Sequence record: NC_054905.1
Strand: one strand, 5' to 3'
Origin: Enterobacteria phage Kha5h
DNA length: 64,000 nucleotides
Under the pieces are notes generated by a model. The model was not told the origin of the DNA. It did no database searches and saw only the letters and a list, made by a program, of their open reading frames with translations. Made by a program: the position numbers and the translations under genes. Shown here piece after piece: positions 29,540-39,959 of this stretch (position 1 is its first letter; every line of letters begins with the position of its first letter).

Positions 29540-30220
29540 TTATTTTAATGTTACGAAAGAAGAATTGCGTGTTTCACGAATTAAAACTGATCCGTCACGG
29601 TTAATGTAATAAATTAAGCTAAATAAAGTTTGGTGTGCTGATGCATGCTCAAAACTAGTTGGGTGAGATTTCCAATCCGGAGTTTCAGCAATCCATTGAT
29701 AAATCCACCAAGGAACAGTGCAGAATCCTGGATTTTTTCCAATCAGCTGAAGATTTGGGCTAAAGTTTTCCGGAAGAGTAAATACAGACGGCTTTTCAGA
29801 TTCAATAATCTCAGCTACAGCCTGTTCAAATTTTTCTTCAACAAAAGGAGTATCTTCAATCAAAACATCGGTATTTTCAGGAATTTTATCCTTTTCTACT
29901 ACTTCAATTTTAATGTCAGATTTAACCGGAGAATCAATCAGAAGTGCTGCTTCTGGATTGACTTCTTCATCGTCATATTTTAATCCCTCTGCGGCATCAG
30001 CAGCATCAATTAAGTCTTTAATAGATAACCCATCAGTCTCTGGCATAGGTTCACTAGCAAGCTTCTGGAGGGCTTCTTCAATATCAACAACGATATTATC
30101 AAAAGATTTATTCTTTTTGACCTTTATACCAAACTGTTCAGCATATTCAGCTAATTTAGCTTTAGCTTCTTTATTATCATCAAGAGCCTTCAGCTCTGCA
30201 ATATAATCTTTATCTATCAT
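29540..30220 (-). CDS. inh: Inhibitor of prohead protease Inh
   Basis: 226 aa, synteny next to hoc. Confidence 0.8.
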   Translation of the reverse strand: MIDKDYIAELKALDDNKEAKAKLAEYAEQFGIKVKKNKSFDNIVVDIEEALQKLASEPMPETDGLSIKDLIDAADAAEGLKYDDEEVNPEAALLIDSPVKSDIKIEVVEKDKIPENTDVLIEDTPFVEEKFEQAVAEIIESEKPSVFTLPENFSPNLQLIGKNPGFCTVPWWIYQWIAETPDWKSHPTSFEHASAHQTLFSLIYYINRDGSVLIRETRNSSFVTLK

Positions 30221-30233
30221 AATATTTCCTCAG

Positions 30234-30241
30234 TATAAATA
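30234..30241 (+). promoter_or_regulatory. TATAAATA late-promoter motif upstream of segE
   Basis: Exact TATAAATA about 30 nt upstream of the segE ATG. Confidence 0.5.
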
Positions 30242-30269
30242 TAGATATATTTATTACTCGGAAAATAGT

Positions 30270-30887
30270 ATGTACCACTTTGTATATGAAACAACAAATC
30301 TAATAAATGGTAAAAAGTATATAGGAAAACACTCTACTGATGACTTGAATGATGGTTACCTTGGTTCCGGTAAGGCAATTCAGCAGGCTATAAAGAAATA
30401 TGGTGAAAACAATTTCTCTAGAACAATACTAAAAGAGTTTAAAACTTCCGAAGAAGCGTACATGTATGAAGAAGAAATTATAACTCCTGAACTAATAAAA
30501 AGCAAAAATTATTATAATATGAAACCTGGTGGAATTGGTGGAATTGTTATGACTACAGAGGTTATAGCAAAGATGAAAGAATCTTCCGCTAAAAGATTTG
30601 AAAACTCACCAGGCACGGTATTAGGTAAAACTTGTTACACTAATGGAACTAAAAATATTTTTATTAAACCTGGAGAACTTGTTCCAGAAGGATTTGTAAA
30701 AGGGATGGTTCATCCTAATAGAAAGTCCAGAAAAGGATGTAAAGTCAAACCGACTACCACAGGAACTTTTTGGGTCAATAATGGTGCAATAAATAAATTA
30801 ATACAACCAGACGGTATTATTCCCGACGGATTTATTAAAGGTCGTCTCATGAAAAGAGATTCTAAAGGCAAATTTAGTAAGGCATAA
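30270..30887 (+). mobile_element. segE: SegE-like GIY-YIG homing endonuclease (free-standing)
   Basis: 205 aa; N-terminal GIY-YIG-type motif YHFVYETTNLINGKKYIGKHS; sits between inh and uvsW. Confidence 0.8.
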
Positions 30888-30889
30888 TT

Positions 30890-32398
30890 ATGGATATTAA
30901 AGTACATTTTCACGACTTCAGTCATGTACGCATCGATTGTGAAGAGAGCACGTTCCACGAATTAAGAGATTTCTTTTCGTTTGAAGCTGATGGGTATAGA
31001 TTTAACCCTCGCTTCAGATATGGCAACTGGGATGGACGAATCCGTCTTTTAGATTATAATCGTCTTCTTCCATTCGGCTTAGTCGGGCAAATTAAAAAGT
31101 TCTGTGATAACTTTGGCTATAAAGCCTGGATTGACCCGCAAATTAACGAAAAAGAAGAATTATCAAGAAAAGATTTTGATGAATGGCTTTCTAAATTAGA
31201 AATCTATTCAGGAAATAAAAGAATTGAACCGCACTGGTATCAAAAAGATGCAGTGTTCGAAGGATTAGTTAATCGTCGTAGAATTCTTAATCTTCCAACA
31301 TCCGCTGGTAAATCGTTAATTCAAGCTTTGCTTGCGCGATATTATTTGGAAAATTATGAAGGTAAAATTCTTATCATTGTTCCAACAACTGCTCTGACAA
31401 CTCAGATGGCTGATGACTTCGTTGACTATCGTTTATTCAGTCATGCAATGATAAAGAAAATTGGTGGCGGAGCATCAAAAGATGATAAATATAAAAATGA
31501 TGCACCAGTCGTTGTTGGTACATGGCAAACTGTAGTTAAACAACCGAAAGAATGGTTCTCACAGTTTGGAATGATGATGAATGATGAATGCCATCTTGCT
31601 ACAGGAAAAAGTATTTCATCTATCATATCAGGTTTAAATAACTGCATGTTCAAATTCGGTTTGTCCGGTTCATTACGTGATGGCAAAGCTAATATCATGC
31701 AGTATGTTGGAATGTTTGGTGAAATATTTAAGCCAGTAACGACTTCTAAATTAATGGAAGATGGGCAAGTAACTGAGCTAAAAATTAATAGTATTTTTCT
31801 TCGCTATCCCGATGAGTTCACTACTAAATTAAAGGGAAAAACTTACCAAGAAGAAATAAAAATTATTACTGGGCTTAGTAAAAGAAATAAATGGATCGCT
31901 AAATTAGCTATTAAGCTTGCGCAAAAAGATGAAAACGCTTTTGTCATGTTTAAACATGTATCACATGGTAAAGCTATTTTCGATTTAATTAAAAATGAAT
32001 ACGATAAAGTTTATTACGTATCAGGGGAAGTTGATACCGAAACCCGCAATATAATGAAAACCTTAGCTGAAAATGGTAAAGGAATAATTATAGTAGCGAG
32101 TTATGGTGTATTTTCTACTGGTATTTCAGTTAAAAATCTGCATCACGTTGTTTTAGCGCATGGTGTTAAATCTAAAATTATTGTATTGCAAACAATCGGT
32201 CGTGTATTACGTAAGCATGGTTCTAAGACAATAGCAACCGTTTGGGACCTCATAGATGATTGTGGCGTTAAGCCAAAATCTGCTAATACGAAAAAGAAAT
32301 ATGTTCATTTGAACTATCTTTTAAAACACGGCATTGATCGTATTCAGCGCTACGCAGATGAAAAATTTAATTACGTAATGAAAACAGTTAATTTATAA
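30890..32398 (+). CDS. uvsW: UvsW SF2 DNA/RNA helicase
   Basis: 502 aa; Walker A PTSAGKS and DECH box; followed by UUCG hairpin. Confidence 0.9.
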   Translation: MDIKVHFHDFSHVRIDCEESTFHELRDFFSFEADGYRFNPRFRYGNWDGRIRLLDYNRLLPFGLVGQIKKFCDNFGYKAWIDPQINEKEELSRKDFDEWLSKLEIYSGNKRIEPHWYQKDAVFEGLVNRRRILNLPTSAGKSLIQALLARYYLENYEGKILIIVPTTALTTQMADDFVDYRLFSHAMIKKIGGGASKDDKYKNDAPVVVGTWQTVVKQPKEWFSQFGMMMNDECHLATGKSISSIISGLNNCMFKFGLSGSLRDGKANIMQYVGMFGEIFKPVTTSKLMEDGQVTELKINSIFLRYPDEFTTKLKGKTYQEEIKIITGLSKRNKWIAKLAIKLAQKDENAFVMFKHVSHGKAIFDLIKNEYDKVYYVSGEVDTETRNIMKTLAENGKGIIIVASYGVFSTGISVKNLHHVVLAHGVKSKIIVLQTIGRVLRKHGSKTIATVWDLIDDCGVKPKSANTKKKYVHLNYLLKHGIDRIQRYADEKFNYVMKTVNL

Positions 32399-32410
32399 GG
32401 GCTTCGGCCC
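32399..32410 (+). terminator. UUCG-loop hairpin after uvsW
   Basis: GGGC TTCG GCCC directly after the stop codon. Confidence 0.55.
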
Positions 32411-32423
32411 TTTGGAGAAAAAG

Positions 32424-32654
32424 ATGTTACTAGAATTTAAACAATTTCTTTATGAAGCTTCTATTGATGAATTTATGGGTAAAATTGCCTCTTGTCAAAC
32501 ATTAGAAGGTTTAGAAGAACTTGAAGCTTATTATAAGAAAAGAGTCAAAGAAACTGAATTAAAAGATACTGATGACATCTCTGTGAGAGATGCTTTGGCA
32601 GGAAAAAGAGCTGAATTAGAAGATTCAGACGATGAAGTAGAAGAAAGCTTTTAA
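32424..32654 (+). CDS. uvsW.1: UvsW.1 small acidic protein
   Basis: Track ORF begins at TTG 32412; internal ATG gives 76 aa as in T4 UvsW.1. Confidence 0.8.
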   Translation: MLLEFKQFLYEASIDEFMGKIASCQTLEGLEELEAYYKKRVKETELKDTDDISVRDALAGKRAELEDSDDEVEESF

Positions 32655-32709
32655 ATTAAAAAAGGCCCAACCAAAAAGGAAGGGCCAAAACTATAGACTA
32701 AAGGTCACA

Positions 32710-32877
32710 CTATAGCAAAAGTTGTGTTTCATTTAATTGTTCTTCCGAACTTTCTGAAACTGGTAGTTCTTTAATGTAATTATAGCAAGGCCCAGGATGT
32801 ACAGGACCTTTGTCTGTTTCAACAACCAATGCAGAATCGATTGGAGTTTTACAGACAACACAAATCTTATCTGACAT
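32710..32877 (-). CDS. Small Cys-containing protein, about 55 aa (uvsY.-2-like); not in the ORF track
   Basis: Reverse-strand reading gives MSDKICVVCKTPIDSALVVETDKGPVHPGPCYNYIKELPVSESSEEQLNETQLLL; below the track length cutoff; coordinates within 1-2 nt. Confidence 0.5.
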   Translation of the reverse strand: MSDKICVVCKTPIDSALVVETDKGPVHPGPCYNYIKELPVSESSEEQLNETQLLL

Positions 32878-32905
32878 GATTGTCTCCTCTGAATTATATA
32901 TCTAT

Positions 32906-33130
32906 TTATACAACTCTCATATGCATATCAATGCCCATATCTTTAGAATAAAAATATTCATCAAGATATCCGGCAAATTTTCCTTTAATATAAAGGACAT
33001 CTTCACCACACGGGTGGTCGGCCAGGATACGAATATCCTGACGCTTAAGATTATGCTTTTTCATTAAGAATTGAATCTCAGTTTCAAATTCTTCTTCATA
33101 ATTAAAAGCATCATCAATGCTATATCTCAT
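32906..33130 (-). CDS. Hypothetical protein (uvsY.-1-like)
   Basis: 74 aa ORF immediately downstream of uvsY, start overlapping uvsY stop. Confidence 0.65.
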   Translation of the reverse strand: MRYSIDDAFNYEEEFETEIQFLMKKHNLKRQDIRILADHPCGEDVLYIKGKFAGYLDEYFYSKDMGIDMHMRVV

Positions 33131-33543
33131 TATTTTCCAGCCTCAAATGCTCGCATGTCTTGAATATGCTTAATAGCAAATCCGCGTGATTTGATAGCAT
33201 CAAGAGCTCCGCTACAGAAATCCAATAAAATCCCCCAATACTGTAACGAGGTATCAACCTTTAAAACATCCTTATCCGCTGATAGAACTGTCTTCATTTC
33301 TGATTTCTCGTAACGATCCATACTAAATTCATCACCATCTCCTCGTCCCGAGTAGTAGTCTAATTTAGCTTTAAGAGCAACTTTTTTCTGTGCATCAATT
33401 CTAAGCATTTCCTTTTTAATACTTGAATGCTTATTAAGCCATTTACTATATAACATCACATTATTAGCTGCTTCATACTGTAATTTAGTCGAATCTATAA
33501 ACACATCTTTCTTCAATTCTTCTTGAAGATCTTCTAATCTCAT
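33130..33543 (-). CDS. uvsY: Recombination mediator protein UvsY
   Basis: 137 aa, T4 UvsY length; MotA-box-like middle promoter upstream. Confidence 0.9.
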   Translation of the reverse strand: MRLEDLQEELKKDVFIDSTKLQYEAANNVMLYSKWLNKHSSIKKEMLRIDAQKKVALKAKLDYYSGRGDGDEFSMDRYEKSEMKTVLSADKDVLKVDTSLQYWGILLDFCSGALDAIKSRGFAIKHIQDMRAFEAGK

Positions 33544-33579
33544 ATTGTTCTCTATTCAATTGTTATTGGATGGACTTAG

Positions 33580-33612
33580 ATTCATTATACCACGTTTATA
33601 CGTGAAGCATTA
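33580..33612 (-). promoter_or_regulatory. MotA-dependent middle-promoter-like element upstream of uvsY
   Basis: Reverse strand reads TAATGCTTCA, 13 nt, TATAAT; matches MotA box plus -10 architecture. Confidence 0.55.
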
Positions 33613-34008
33613 TACTCTGTTACTGGAAGCCAGTTGTAGTTTTATCTGCTCAATATCATCAGGGTTATCGATGACTGAAAAGCGTATTTCTACTATCAGA
33701 GTATAATCATCATAAACTGGTATTACATTAACTGCTAATTTATCAATACGTGGCTCGTAGTTTCTTACTGCGCTTTCAATGTTACGCTCAACAGTATCAG
33801 CAGTAAGAGGAGTCATATTCTCAAAAAGCTGATCAGATAAATCGCATCCAAACTCTGGGTCAAATGGCCTTGACCCTTTCCTGGTTGTAATAATTCCTAA
33901 AAGGCTATTTTTAATTGACCTTAATCCAAGAGATCTGGAAACGTCTTTGTCCCAATCCATTTTCATTTCTGGGTCAATGTCAGAATAAAGCTTATTAATA
34001 TTTGCCAT
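33610..34008 (-). CDS. 25: Baseplate wedge protein gp25
   Basis: 132 aa, T4 gp25 length, synteny with gp26. Confidence 0.9.
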   Translation of the reverse strand: MANINKLYSDIDPEMKMDWDKDVSRSLGLRSIKNSLLGIITTRKGSRPFDPEFGCDLSDQLFENMTPLTADTVERNIESAVRNYEPRIDKLAVNVIPVYDDYTLIVEIRFSVIDNPDDIEQIKLQLASSNRV

Positions 34009-34634
34009 TACAATAGCTCAAAGAATTCTTTGAGTCCTCTTATTACATGAGCGTGAGTTTTTCCACACTCTGGACACTTAATTGGAACAGCCAAATAAAC
34101 AGTAGGCTTTAAAAGCATATCTTTTATAGCTACAATATCTGACTCTGTGATGATAGAATATAAATCTTCCAACTCTTTTTCATTTAAGTCTTCAATTGGA
34201 ATGCTTTCACCGTTAGCATGAATTGTTTCTATACATGATACTATCATGTGGGCTATGTTTTTATCATCAAAAATTTTAGGGTAATGGAACTTAATTTTAA
34301 TGTCGCCCAGTGTATACCAGAGGTCTTCTGGTGCATCTATTTGTGTATGTAATAGATTTATATGGGTTGGTATTTCAGTTCCACAGGTGCACTTCCAGGA
34401 GTTTTCGTGATTAACTTCTCCAAGAGAATGCGCCCATAAATGAATCAGCAGTAGTTCTGATTCTTGGCGGTTTAAATCTTTTGCATTTGTGCATTCTTTG
34501 ATTAGCTTTTTAACGATCTCTTCTACTGAACCGTTCTTTTTAGCAGTAATAAGTTCTAGATATTCTTTAAGAGTAAATGCGCGACAGTTGATTATTTTAG
34601 AACCAACTCTCACATCAAATTTGTATTCATACAT
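34008..34634 (-). CDS. 26: Baseplate hub protein gp26
   Basis: 208 aa; divergently arranged with gene 51 around a shared late-promoter palindrome. Confidence 0.85.
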   Translation of the reverse strand: MYEYKFDVRVGSKIINCRAFTLKEYLELITAKKNGSVEEIVKKLIKECTNAKDLNRQESELLLIHLWAHSLGEVNHENSWKCTCGTEIPTHINLLHTQIDAPEDLWYTLGDIKIKFHYPKIFDDKNIAHMIVSCIETIHANGESIPIEDLNEKELEDLYSIITESDIVAIKDMLLKPTVYLAVPIKCPECGKTHAHVIRGLKEFFELL

Positions 34635-34655
34635 ATTTAGCTCCTTTATTTATCA

Positions 34656-34667
34656 TATTTATAAATA
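34656..34667. promoter_or_regulatory. Divergent late promoters for genes 26 (-) and 51 (+)
   Basis: TATTTATAAATA contains TATAAATA on the + strand and its reverse complement on the - strand. Confidence 0.65.
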
Positions 34668-34684
34668 GAATAAAAGGAGCATCT

Positions 34685-35434
34685 ATGGCAAACATTATTC
34701 GTTGTAAATTACCAGATGGTGTTCATCGTTTTAAACCATTTACGGTAGAAGATTATCGAGATTTTTTGTTAGTTCGAAACGATATAGAACATCGGTCACC
34801 ACAAGAACAAAAAGAAATAATTGCTGATTTAATTGCCGATTATTTTGGAGACTATCCGAAGACTTGGCAACCATTTATATTTTTGCAGGTATTTGTAGGG
34901 TCAATAGGTAAAACTAAAGTACCGGTCACATTTGTATGTCCAAAATGTAAAAAAGAAAAGACAGTTCCATTTGAAATATATCAAAAAGAATTAAAGGAAC
35001 CTGTTTTTGATGTAGCTAATGTTAAAATTAAATTAAAGTTTCCTTCTGAGTTTTATGAAAACAAAGCAAAGATGATTACTGAAAATATTCATTCCGTTCA
35101 AGTAGATGAAATGTGGTATGATTGGAATGAAATTAGCGAATCAAGTCAAATAGAACTTGTTGATGCCATCGAGATAGAAACATTAGAAAAAATTCTCGAT
35201 GCAATGAATCCTATTAATTTAACATTGCATATGTCATGCTGTAATAAGTATGTAAAAAAATACACTGATATAGTAGATGTGTTTAAGCTATTAGTTAACC
35301 CAGATGAAATATTTACTTTTTATCAAATCAATCACACGCTTGTAAAAAGTAATTATAGCTTAAATTCAATAATGAAAATGATTCCTGCTGAGCGCGGATT
35401 CGTATTAAAACTGATTGAGAAGGATAAACAATAA
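34685..35434 (+). CDS. 51: Baseplate hub assembly catalyst gp51
   Basis: 249 aa, synteny; CxxC...CC cysteine pairs. Confidence 0.85.
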   Translation: MANIIRCKLPDGVHRFKPFTVEDYRDFLLVRNDIEHRSPQEQKEIIADLIADYFGDYPKTWQPFIFLQVFVGSIGKTKVPVTFVCPKCKKEKTVPFEIYQKELKEPVFDVANVKIKLKFPSEFYENKAKMITENIHSVQVDEMWYDWNEISESSQIELVDAIEIETLEKILDAMNPINLTLHMSCCNKYVKKYTDIVDVFKLLVNPDEIFTFYQINHTLVKSNYSLNSIMKMIPAERGFVLKLIEKDKQ

Positions 35435-36609
35435 TGAGTATGCTGCAACGCCCTGGATATCCAAATCTCAGCGTTAAATTATTTGATAGCTACGACGCTT
35501 GGAGTAATAATAGATTTGTTGAATTAGCTGCTACTATTACCACATTAACTATGCGGGATTCTCTTTATGGCCGAAATGAAGGAATGCTGCAGTTTTATGA
35601 TTCTAAAAATATCCATACAAAAATGGATGGAAATGAAATAATTCAGATTTCTGTAGCTAATGCAAATGATATTAATAATGTTAAAACACGAATTTATGGA
35701 TGTAAGCATTTTTCAGTGTCAGTAGATTCAAAGGGTGATAACATCATTGCTATTGAATTGGGAACTATTCATTCTATAGAAAATCTTAAATTTGGCAGAC
35801 CGTTTTTCTCTGATGCAGGTGAATCTATAAAAGAAATGCTTGGTGTCATTTATCAGGATCGCACGTTATTAACTCCAGCAATAAATGCTATAAATGCTTA
35901 TGTTCCTGATATTCCATGGACTAGCACATTTGAAAACTATTTGTCGTATGTCAGGGAAGTTGCTCTAGCTGTAGGAAGTGACAAATTTGTATTTGTGTGG
36001 CAAGACATCATGGGAGTTAACATGATGGACTATGATATGATGATAAATCAAGAACCGTATCCAATGATTGTCGGTGAGCCATCTTTAATAGGTCAATTCA
36101 TCCAAGAATTAAAATATCCATTAGCATATGATTTCGTTTGGTTGACTAAATCGAATCCTCATAAACGTGACCCAATGAAAAACGCTACTATCTATGCGCA
36201 TTCATTTTTGGATTCTTCATTGCCAATGATTACTACAGGAAAGGGAGAAAACTCTATTGTAGTGTCAAGGTCAGGTGCTTATTCTGAAATGACTTATAGG
36301 AATGGATATGAAGAAGCTATTCGTCTTCAAACTATGGCACAATACGATGGTTATGCTAAATGTTCTACTGTCGGTAATTTTAACTTGACTCCTGGCGTTA
36401 AAATTATTTTTAATGATAGTAAAAACCAATTTAAAACAGAATTTTACGTTGATGAAGTTATCCACGAATTATCCAATAATAATTCAGTAACTCATCTATA
36501 TATGTTCACTAATGCAACGAAACTGGAAACAATAGACCCAGTTAAGGTTAAAAATGAATTTAAATCTGATACTACCACTGAAGAAAGTAGTTCTTCCAAT
36601 AAGCAATAA
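35434..36609 (+). CDS. 27: Baseplate hub protein gp27
   Basis: 391 aa, T4 gp27 length. Confidence 0.9.
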   Translation: MSMLQRPGYPNLSVKLFDSYDAWSNNRFVELAATITTLTMRDSLYGRNEGMLQFYDSKNIHTKMDGNEIIQISVANANDINNVKTRIYGCKHFSVSVDSKGDNIIAIELGTIHSIENLKFGRPFFSDAGESIKEMLGVIYQDRTLLTPAINAINAYVPDIPWTSTFENYLSYVREVALAVGSDKFVFVWQDIMGVNMMDYDMMINQEPYPMIVGEPSLIGQFIQELKYPLAYDFVWLTKSNPHKRDPMKNATIYAHSFLDSSLPMITTGKGENSIVVSRSGAYSEMTYRNGYEEAIRLQTMAQYDGYAKCSTVGNFNLTPGVKIIFNDSKNQFKTEFYVDEVIHELSNNNSVTHLYMFTNATKLETIDPVKVKNEFKSDTTTEESSSSNKQ

Positions 36610-37087
36610 AGAAGTTTCTATTCCTAAAATGGGTCTTAAACATTATAACATTTTAAAAGATGTTAAAGGTCCTGATGAAAATTTAAAACTTCTTATTGAT
36701 TCTATTTGTCCGAATTTATCACCAGCAGAAGTTGATTTCGTTTCCATTCATTTATTGGAATTTAATGGAAAGATTAAATCTCGTAAAGAAATAGATGGTT
36801 ATACTTATGACATTAATGATGTTTATGTATGCCAAAGATTGGAATTTCAATACCAAGGAAATACATTTTATTTTAGACCGCCTGGAAAATTTGAACAATT
36901 TTTAACTGTGAGCGATATGTTATCCAAATGCTTGCTTAAGGTCAATGATGAAGTTAAAGAAATTAATTTTCTTGAGATGCCAGCATTCGTTTTAAAATGG
37001 GCAAATGATATTTTTACAACTTTAGCAATTCCTGGCCCTAATGGTCCAATAACTGGAATTGGTAATATTATTGGATTATTTGAATGA
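36554..37087 (+). CDS. 28: Baseplate hub distal protein gp28
   Basis: 177 aa; 56-nt out-of-frame overlap with gp27 3' end. Confidence 0.8.
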   Translation: MNLNLILPLKKVVLPISNKEVSIPKMGLKHYNILKDVKGPDENLKLLIDSICPNLSPAEVDFVSIHLLEFNGKIKSRKEIDGYTYDINDVYVCQRLEFQYQGNTFYFRPPGKFEQFLTVSDMLSKCLLKVNDEVKEINFLEMPAFVLKWANDIFTTLAIPGPNGPITGIGNIIGLFE

Positions 37088-38856
37088 AAAAGCCACAAGA
37101 AATGCAAACGATGCGTAGAAAAGTTATTTCAGATAATAAACCAACACAGGAAGCGGCTAAATCCGCTTCTAACACTTTATCTGGACTTAACGATATATCT
37201 ACGAAATTGGATGATGCTCAAGCTGCTTCTGAATTAATTGCTCAAACTGTTGAAGAAAAATCGAATGAAATAATTGGAGCAATTGACAATGTAGAAAGCG
37301 CAGTGAGTGATACTACTGCTGGTTCTGAGTTAATTGCTGAAACTGTCGAAATTGGCAATAATATTAATAAAGAAATCGGTGAATCGCTCGGGAGCAAATT
37401 AGATAAATTAACAAGTTTACTGGAGCAAAAAATTCAGACAGCTGGAATTCAACAAACAGGAACTAGTTTAGCCACGGTTGAAAGCGCTATTCCTGTTAAA
37501 GTTGTTGAGGACGATACAGCTGAATCTGTGGGTCCTTTATTACCGGCTCCTGAAGCAGTTAATAATGATCCTGATGCTGATTTTTTCCCTACCCCTCAGC
37601 CAGTTGAACCTAAACAAGAATCGCCAGAAGAAAAACAGAAAAAAGACGCATTTAACTTAAAATTATCTCAAGCTTTAGATAAATTAACAAAGACTGTTGA
37701 TTTCGGATTTAAGAAATCTATTTCAATTACTGATAAAATATCAAGCATGCTATTTAAGTATACCGTCAGTGCTGCTATTGAAGCTGCTAAAATGACTGCA
37801 ATGATATTGGCTGTTGTTGTTGGAATAGATCTGCTGATGGTTCACTTTAAATATTGGTCAGATAAATTTTCACAGGCATGGGATTTATTTAGTACAGACT
37901 TTACTAAATTCTCTAGTGAAACAGGAACATGGGGTCCTTTATTACAGAGCATCTTTAGTTCTATTGATGAAATTAAAAAATTCTGGGAAGAGGGAGATTG
38001 GGGCGGTTTGACGGTAGCTATTGTAGAAGGGCTTGGAAAGGTTCTTTATAATTTAGGAGAACTTATTCAGCTTGGAATGGCTAAATTATCTGCTGCAATT
38101 CTTCGAGTCATTCCTGGCATGAAGGATACCGCTGATGAAGTAGAAGGAAGAGCACTAGAAAATTTCCAAAATTCTACTGGAGCATCTCTCAATAAAGAAG
38201 ACCAGGAAAAAGTTGCAAATTATCAAGATAAACGAATGAACGGAGACCTTGGTCCGATAGCAAAAGGATTAGATAAAATTGCTAATTGGAAAACTCGTGC
38301 ATCTAACTGGATTCGTGGCGTTGATAATAAAGAAGCACTAACTACCGACGAAGAACGCGCAGCAGAAGAAGAAAAATTAAAGCAACTTTCACCTGAAGAA
38401 AGAAAAAATGCTTTAATGAAGGCTAATGAAGCCCGTGCCGCGATGATTCGTTTTGAAAAATATGCTGATTCAGCTGATATGAGTAAAGACTCAACGGTTA
38501 AATCAGTTGAAGCTGCCTATGAAGACCTTAAAAAACGGATGGATGACCCGGATTTAAATAATTCACCGGCAGTTAAAAAAGAACTTGCTGCTAGATTTTC
38601 TAAAATTGATGCTACTTATCAAGAGCTCAAGAAAAATCAGCCTAATGCCAAACCTGAAACTTCTGCTAAATCGCCAGAAGCAAAACAAGTCCAGGTAATA
38701 GAAAAGAACAAAGCACAGCAAGCTCCTGTTCAACAAGCATCTCCTTCGATCAATAATACTAATAATGTTATTAAGAAAAATACTGTCGTTCATAATATGA
38801 CACCCGTAACGAGCACGACTGCTCCTGGTGTATTTGATGCGACTGGAGTTAATTAA
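37084..38856 (+). CDS. 29: Tail tape measure / baseplate hub protein gp29
   Basis: 590 aa, T4 gp29 length, helical low-complexity sequence. Confidence 0.9.
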   Translation: MKKPQEMQTMRRKVISDNKPTQEAAKSASNTLSGLNDISTKLDDAQAASELIAQTVEEKSNEIIGAIDNVESAVSDTTAGSELIAETVEIGNNINKEIGESLGSKLDKLTSLLEQKIQTAGIQQTGTSLATVESAIPVKVVEDDTAESVGPLLPAPEAVNNDPDADFFPTPQPVEPKQESPEEKQKKDAFNLKLSQALDKLTKTVDFGFKKSISITDKISSMLFKYTVSAAIEAAKMTAMILAVVVGIDLLMVHFKYWSDKFSQAWDLFSTDFTKFSSETGTWGPLLQSIFSSIDEIKKFWEEGDWGGLTVAIVEGLGKVLYNLGELIQLGMAKLSAAILRVIPGMKDTADEVEGRALENFQNSTGASLNKEDQEKVANYQDKRMNGDLGPIAKGLDKIANWKTRASNWIRGVDNKEALTTDEERAAEEEKLKQLSPEERKNALMKANEARAAMIRFEKYADSADMSKDSTVKSVEAAYEDLKKRMDDPDLNNSPAVKKELAARFSKIDATYQELKKNQPNAKPETSAKSPEAKQVQVIEKNKAQQAPVQQASPSINNTNNVIKKNTVVHNMTPVTSTTAPGVFDATGVN

Positions 38857-38864
38857 GGAATAAT

Positions 38865-39959
38865 ATGGCAATTGTTAAAGAAATAACTGCTGATTTAATT
38901 AAAAAGTCCGGTGAGAAAATTTCAGCCGGACAGAGTACTAAATCAGAAGTAGCAACTAAAACATACACTGCCCAGTTTCCAACTGGGCGTGCTAGTGGTA
39001 ATGACACTACAGGGGACTTCCAGGTAACAGATCTATATAAGAATGGATTATTATTTACTGCATACAATATGTCATCTAGGGATTCTGGAAGTCTTAGATC
39101 GATGAGATCTAACTACTCTTCTTCATCTTCGAGTATTTTAAGTACAGCTAGAAACACTATTAGTAGTACAGTATCAAAACTATCAAATGGATTAATATCA
39201 AACAATAATTCAGGAACAATAAGTAAAGCTCCTGTCGCAAACATTCTTTTACCGAGATCTAAATCTGACGTTGATACATCATCACATAGATTTAATGATG
39301 TTCAAGAAAGTCTTATCAGCAGAGGCGGAGGTACTGCTACTGGTGTGTTAAGTAATATTGCTTCAACTGCAGTATTTGGGGCACTGGAAAGTATAACACA
39401 AGGTATAATGGCTGATAATAATGAACAGATTTATACGACAGCCAGAAGTATGTATGGTGGTGCTGAGAATAGAACTAAAGTGTTTACATGGGATTTGACT
39501 CCACGTTCAACAGAAGATTTGATGGCTATTATCAATATCTATCAATATTTTAACTATTTTTCTTATGGTGAAACGGGCAAATCTCAATATGCTGCTGAAA
39601 TAAAGGGGTATTTGGATGATTGGTATCGTTCTACGTTAATTGAACCTTTATCTCCGGAAGACGCAGCTAAAAATAAAACACTATTTGAGAAAATGACATC
39701 GAGCTTAACTAACGTTCTAGTAGTTTCAAACCCGACAATTTGGATGGTGAAAAACTTTGGTGCAACATCTAAGTTTGATGGAAAAACGGAAATATTTGGT
39801 CCATGTCAAATACAGAGCATTAGATTTGATAAAACACCTAATGGTAACTTTAACGGATTAGCTATTGCTCCAAACCTCCCTAGTACATTTACTCTCGAGA
39901 TTACTATGAGAGAAATTATCACGTTAAACCGTGCTTCTTTATATGCGGGGACTTTTTAA
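38865..39959 (+). CDS. 48: Baseplate tail-tube junction protein gp48
   Basis: 364 aa, synteny. Confidence 0.85.
   Translation: MAIVKEITADLIKKSGEKISAGQSTKSEVATKTYTAQFPTGRASGNDTTGDFQVTDLYKNGLLFTAYNMSSRDSGSLRSMRSNYSSSSSSILSTARNTISSTVSKLSNGLISNNNSGTISKAPVANILLPRSKSDVDTSSHRFNDVQESLISRGGGTATGVLSNIASTAVFGALESITQGIMADNNEQIYTTARSMYGGAENRTKVFTWDLTPRSTEDLMAIINIYQYFNYFSYGETGKSQYAAEIKGYLDDWYRSTLIEPLSPEDAAKNKTLFEKMTSSLTNVLVVSNPTIWMVKNFGATSKFDGKTEIFGPCQIQSIRFDKTPNGNFNGLAIAPNLPSTFTLEITMREIITLNRASLYAGTF

Noticed and set aside
29645-30206. Two + strand ORFs (112 and 97 aa) across inh
   Set aside because: Antisense to inh; low-complexity products
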